Shown here piece after piece: positions 59,528 to 64,000 of a DNA stretch of 64,000 nt. Made by a program: the position numbers and the translations under genes. This DNA is from Selaginella moellendorffii (lineage: Eukaryota; Plantae; Lycopodiophyta). Every line of letters begins with the position of its first letter. The stretch's first letter is position 1. Below the pieces are notes generated by a model. That model had not been told where the DNA came from. It saw nothing but the letters and a program-made list of their open reading frames with translations, and ran no database searches. The stretch covers positions 1,384,446 to 1,448,445 of the forward strand of contig NW_003314265.1 in assembly GCF_000143415.4 (NCBI RefSeq), read 5' to 3'.

Positions 59528-60661
59528 TGTAAGGAACCAACTCGCCGAGGTGTCGTAGGCTAAAGGAGCCCCGAAAGCATGACCAAAATGATAAAGAGTT
59601 CATCGGATGGGACCAAGTCTAAGATCGAGTCCAAGACCGACTCTAAGACCGAGTTCGAGATAGAGTCTGGAATTGAGTCCGAGACCGACTCGGAGACTGA
59701 GTTCGAGACCGAGTTCGAGACGGAGTTCGAGACGGAGTCCGAGGTCGAGTCCGAGGTCGGGTCCGTGATCGGGTCCGAGATCGGGTCCGAGATCGAGTCC
59801 GAGACCGAATCCGAAGTCAGATCCAAGATTGAGTCCGAGATCGAGCCAGAGACTAAGTCCGAGTACTAATACGGGTCAAGGGGTGAAAGCCCAAAGTGTG
59901 TGTCTCCCAGGGGGGGGTGGCTGCAAGGGGTTCCAAAAGTATAGTAGCGATAGTGAGGTCCAGGAATCAGTTTTGAAGGAACTCTCCAGTGGGGCTTCCA
60001 AACTGACATGAGGTTGAGGTTGGGACTGGGACCGAGGGGCCTTGGGTGGGAGTGAGCATGGCCTTGGTTGGTGCCGGAGGGAACATCCAAGGAAGTGCTC
60101 AAGAGCAGCTCCCACTCTCGAAAGGGAAACCGACTGCGGTGCTCCTGGCTCATGTGGAGTGGTGCCCCACTTGAGTACCATGCGGCTCATTGGTCCTCAC
60201 CCTTCCTAGGGGCTTGGACCTTCCCTTCGGGATGGAAGTGGGGGGGTAGAGGTACCCATACCGGGCCGTTAGGCCACGGTGTTTCGCCCCGGCATCCCGA
60301 AGCAAGTGTTGCACTCGAGACTTGGGATTTAGAGGGTCCCATGATCAAGTCTTGTGGTACCAAGGGAAGTTAGGAACCTGGAAGCTTGGTGTGCTTGGTT
60401 GCTTGTGCTTGTGGGGAGTGTAGCCGAACCTTAAGTCTAGTCTAACCCGGGGAGGGGGATTGGGAGAGATTTGGGAATCCGTGGATGGATGGCTAACACT
60501 ATGTTGCTCGTGCAGTGAGTAGCTGAAACCAAGTAGGACCAAGTAGGAGTTGGTACCATAGGTGGGAACCTTGGTAAGGGAACTTAGCAAAAGCCAAGGC
60601 AGTGTTGGATGGATAGACGAGGTAAGCTGGCAAATTGGAAAGGAAAAATTTGTGGCTTACA
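59528..60661 (+). mobile_element. 5' LTR (1134 bp) of a Ty3/gypsy retrotransposon
   Basis: TGTAAG...CTTACA inverted termini followed by a PBS. Confidence 0.92.
59612..59865. repeat. Degenerate 12-bp tandem array (gagtccgagatc-like) inside the LTR
   Basis: About 20 CpG-rich units; decayed counterpart at about 58945-59110. Confidence 0.9.
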
Positions 60662-60664
60662 ATT

Positions 60665-60677
60665 TGGTATCGGAGCC
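60665..60677 (+). other. Primer-binding site complementary to the tRNA-iMet 3' end
   Basis: TGGTATCGGAGCC, one mismatch to the usual TGGTATCAGAGCC, 3 nt after the LTR. Confidence 0.88.
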
Positions 60678-60802
60678 TTTTCCTCAGTTCTAGTGAAGGA
60701 TAGAGGCGGATTGCTGGGAGATGGCAAAGGCAGGGTGGAAGCGAACCAAAGCGGAGACGGAACCTCCTTCAGAGCTGGAGCTTCCAGTCGAATGAGAGGC
60801 TA

Positions 60803-63800
60803 TGGATGAGGAATCCTTGCATGAGGAGGACTCTAGTGAGGAAACTTCTAAATAGGAGTCCGGTGGCGAGGTTCGGTCGTCCAAGGCTCGATTGGACGTG
60901 CTAGAAGGACAGTTGGCACAGACCAATGCCCTGTTGGAGACTCTCGTATGCAAGCTAAAGCGTGACGAGAAGCGGAAGAAAAAGCGAAAGACTGTGGATG
61001 CTGGCAGCACAGAAGGTGCGGACCCTTCGGCAGGGACTAAGGCAGAACCAAACAAGGTCAAACAGACCGAAGTAGAATCAGTCCCTCAGGCAGTTCCCAA
61101 GTACAAACCAAAGCCCCCACCGGTCTTCAAGGGAGTGAACGACTATAAGGTGGTGGAGGATTGGTTTTATTATATGGAGGACTACTTCCGAGCGTTGCGA
61201 TTACCGAGCTTGAAGAAGGTCCCATGTGCAAAACCATACTTGGCAGATAATGCCAAGTCTTGGTGGAGAACGACGGAGGCCAACGAAAGACCGGTGGCCA
61301 CTTGGGACATGATGAAGGTGAGGATCCACACAACATACGTTCCTCCGAATGCCACTCTGCATCTGAGAGATGAGCTGAGTAGGCTGAAGCAGATTGGAAC
61401 CATTCAGGAATATGTGAATGGGTTCATGGCAAAGAGGATACTTGTCACGGACATGGGGGATATGGATGCGTTCCATGCCTTCATATCGGGTTTGCAAACC
61501 TAAGTTCGCGGTGAGGTGATGCGCTGGAACCCGACCAACTACAAGGAAGCATTGGATGCGGCCATCAAGGTGCATTTCAACGATAACCTGTGAAAGGGGA
61601 ACACGACAGGGTCGGGATCCACATTTAGCAAAGGGGCCAAACCAAGGGGAACGTATAGCAGGGGGAAGATCAAGAAGAGTTTCTCTAAGAATGAGTCCTC
61701 GGGGTTCCGGAAAGGCAAATCCGGTGGCTAGCGAGCGAGTACGTGGGGGAGTCAAGCGAAAAGAGACAAACCCACAGATAAGAAGGTCAAGTCGTATAGC
61801 AGCATGGGAAACAATGTATGCTACAACTGCGGTGAAGCGGGACACTTTTCGAGGGAATGTCCCTACCCGAAGAAGGCCAGAGCCAATATGGCTATCAAGT
61901 CGGGTGAAGTCCAAACTGAGGTATGTGATCCAGTCCCTAACTCAAAGTTACTCATTACACGAGCAACTTTCGTAAAGAGTCGTTCGCGACATCTACTAGC
62001 CCTCCGAGGGACGCTCGGAGGTAGCTAATGGTGCAGCGGCTAGGTGAACCAAGGACTATAGAATTTGTTCAAGGTAGCCAAAGCACCGATGAGGTACTTC
62101 GACAAGTGAGAGTCGAAGTAGGGACATGGAAAGTAGACATGGATTTCACCATGTTGGACATGGTGGGATTTGACGTGATCTTCGGAATGGATTGGTTCAA
62201 TCGGTTCGTGGTAGCCCTGCATGGATAAGGTAGGAACCTTGTGGTACTGGCGAATGCCCAAGGAAGAAGATCTAGGGTGGAGGCTCAGGATCTAAAGGTA
62301 GGGCAAAGCAAGGCCAAAGATTCCTGCTTAAACTTGGTGTCCACGAGAGGACAACTCACTAAAGGAACTAAGGCAGCCTTTTTGTGCTTACTCTCGGTGA
62401 AGAGTGACAAAAAGATAGGAACGGAAGAAGTACCTTTAGTGATCCAACGGGTGTTGGACCAATTCCAGGATACCATGCAGGAAGAGCTACCGGCGAGGTT
62501 GCCCCCCGCACGACCGATAGAACATAAGATTGAGCTGGTTGAGGGTGCTGAGGCGATGGTTCGTCCCCCCTATCGTTTGAACGAAAAAGAACTCAAGGAG
62601 CTCAAGTGCCAACTAGAGGAGTTGGTGGACAAAGGGTATGTTAGGTTGAGCAAGTCGCCGTATGGGGCACCGGTGTTATTTGTGAAAAAGAAAGATGGTT
62701 CTATGCGCATGTGCATAGACTACTGGTTGCTTAACAAGTATACAAAGAAGAACAAGTACCCTTTGCCAAGAATTGAGGACCTATTCGATAGGTTGGGAAA
62801 GGCAAAATACTTCTCGAGGATTGACCCAAGGTCAGGATACTACCAGATCAGGGTAGTTGAGGAAGATGTCGAGAAGACAACCTGTCAAATGAGGTATGGG
62901 AGCTTTGAGTTTCTAGTGATGCCCTTTGGGCTATGCAATGCGCCGGCAACGTTTTCGGCGCTGATGAACCACATCTTTGTACCCTATCTAGATCACTTCG
63001 TGGTCGTTTATATTGACGACATCCTGATCTATAGCGAGACACTAGAGGAGCATGTCGAACACTTGGCGAAGGTGTTTGAGAAACTAAGGGAACATAAACT
63101 GTATGCTAAAGAGAGCAAATGTGACTTTGCTCAACAAAAGGTAAAGTTTCTCGGGCATGTGGTGGGCCAGGACGGGCTCAAGGTGGACCCGGAGAAGGTC
63201 CAAGCGATCCAGGAATGGGAGCGACCATCGAATATACATGAGTTGAGGGCATTCTTGGGGCTATGCAACTACTACCGAAAGTTTATCAGACACTATTTGA
63301 GACTAGCCCTGCCCTTAACGGACCAAACAGGAAAAGGGAAGATGGTATGGACAGCGGAATGTGAGGCGGCATTCGTCCACCTCAAAGGGAAGTTGAGGAA
63401 GGCTCCCGTGTTGGCATTACCAGACTTTGGTAAGGACTTTGAGGTAGAAACAGATGCTTCGGACTTTGCGTTGGGCGCAATTTTGAAGCAAGACAACCAT
63501 CCAGTAGCGTTCTTCTCGAAAAAGTTGGACAAGGCTCAACGGAAGTGGCCTGCCCATGAGAAGGAATTGTTTGCGGTGGTAAGGGCACTCAAGGAGTGGC
63601 GACACTACCTTGGGAGACACTTCAAGGTTTACACGGACAATGTGGCAACGAAACACTTCTTGTCGCAGCCCGACCTAAGGGGAAAACAAGGTCAGTGGGC
63701 CAATGCTTTGGCCGAGTTTGATTATGAGATTCTGTACAAGCCTGGGAAGAGCAACATCGTGGCAGATGCGCTAAGTCGAAAAGTGAGCTTGAGGTTGGCG

Positions 63801-64000
63801 ATATCCAGCACAACAACAACCTTCTGGGACGATGTGCGAACAGCATATGAGAACAATGGTCTAACACAAGAAGTGTTGCTGAGGAATCTAGAGGCACAGG
63901 AAGCTCACCAGAGAGGTGAGTTGCCAACGGAAGAGAAAACGGGCTATGTGGAATGCAACGGACTCATCTATTGCAAACAAACGAGGGTGTATGTTCCAGA
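60803..64000 (+). mobile_element. Ty3/gypsy gag-pol, defective: gag with stops, zinc knuckle, damaged protease, open RT-RNase H frame running off the window
   Basis: [71 protein letters not shown]. Confidence 0.95.

Noticed and set aside
59560-59869. Acidic/Ser-rich ORFs, or a CRISPR-like array, in the 12-bp repeat
   Set aside because: Simple tandem repeat inside an LTR with no unique spacers; the ORFs are by-products

Overview
Gene-dense plant nuclear DNA with tiny introns (about 45-100 nt), very short intergenic spacers and many PLS-class PPR genes built from runs of 31-aa repeats. This is most consistent with a compact lycophyte genome such as Selaginella (inference, not proven). Bases 1-54.7 kb hold about 24 protein genes: alpha-mannosidase 5' end, 5 PPRs, G-lectin S-domain RLK, two EGF-like paralogs, a six-exon Tat-type thylakoid lumen gene the ORF track shows only in fragments, an intronless CBL, adenylosuccinate lyase, two degenerate 2OG-Fe(II) oxygenase-like paralogs, RAF1, POR, RPL24, PP2C, neprosin, a proline-rich RLK, a GH17 glucanase, two conserved unknowns and an NT-C2 coiled-coil protein. 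There are also tRNA-Gly(GCC), tRNA-His(GTG) and several duplication remnants. Bases 54.7-64 kb are nested Ty3/gypsy retroelements of different ages. Best leads: (1) a tandem family of apparently catalytically dead, fungal-type 2OG-dioxygenase-fold proteins sharing a 71-bp spacer with RAF1; (2) an operon-like PPR-PP2C-PPR block that was triplicated and reciprocally fractionated; (3) an intronless CBL whose CIPK-target Ser is replaced by Asp; (4) duplication-born uORFs ahead of both receptor kinases. Family assignments come from motif recognition by eye and need database confirmation.
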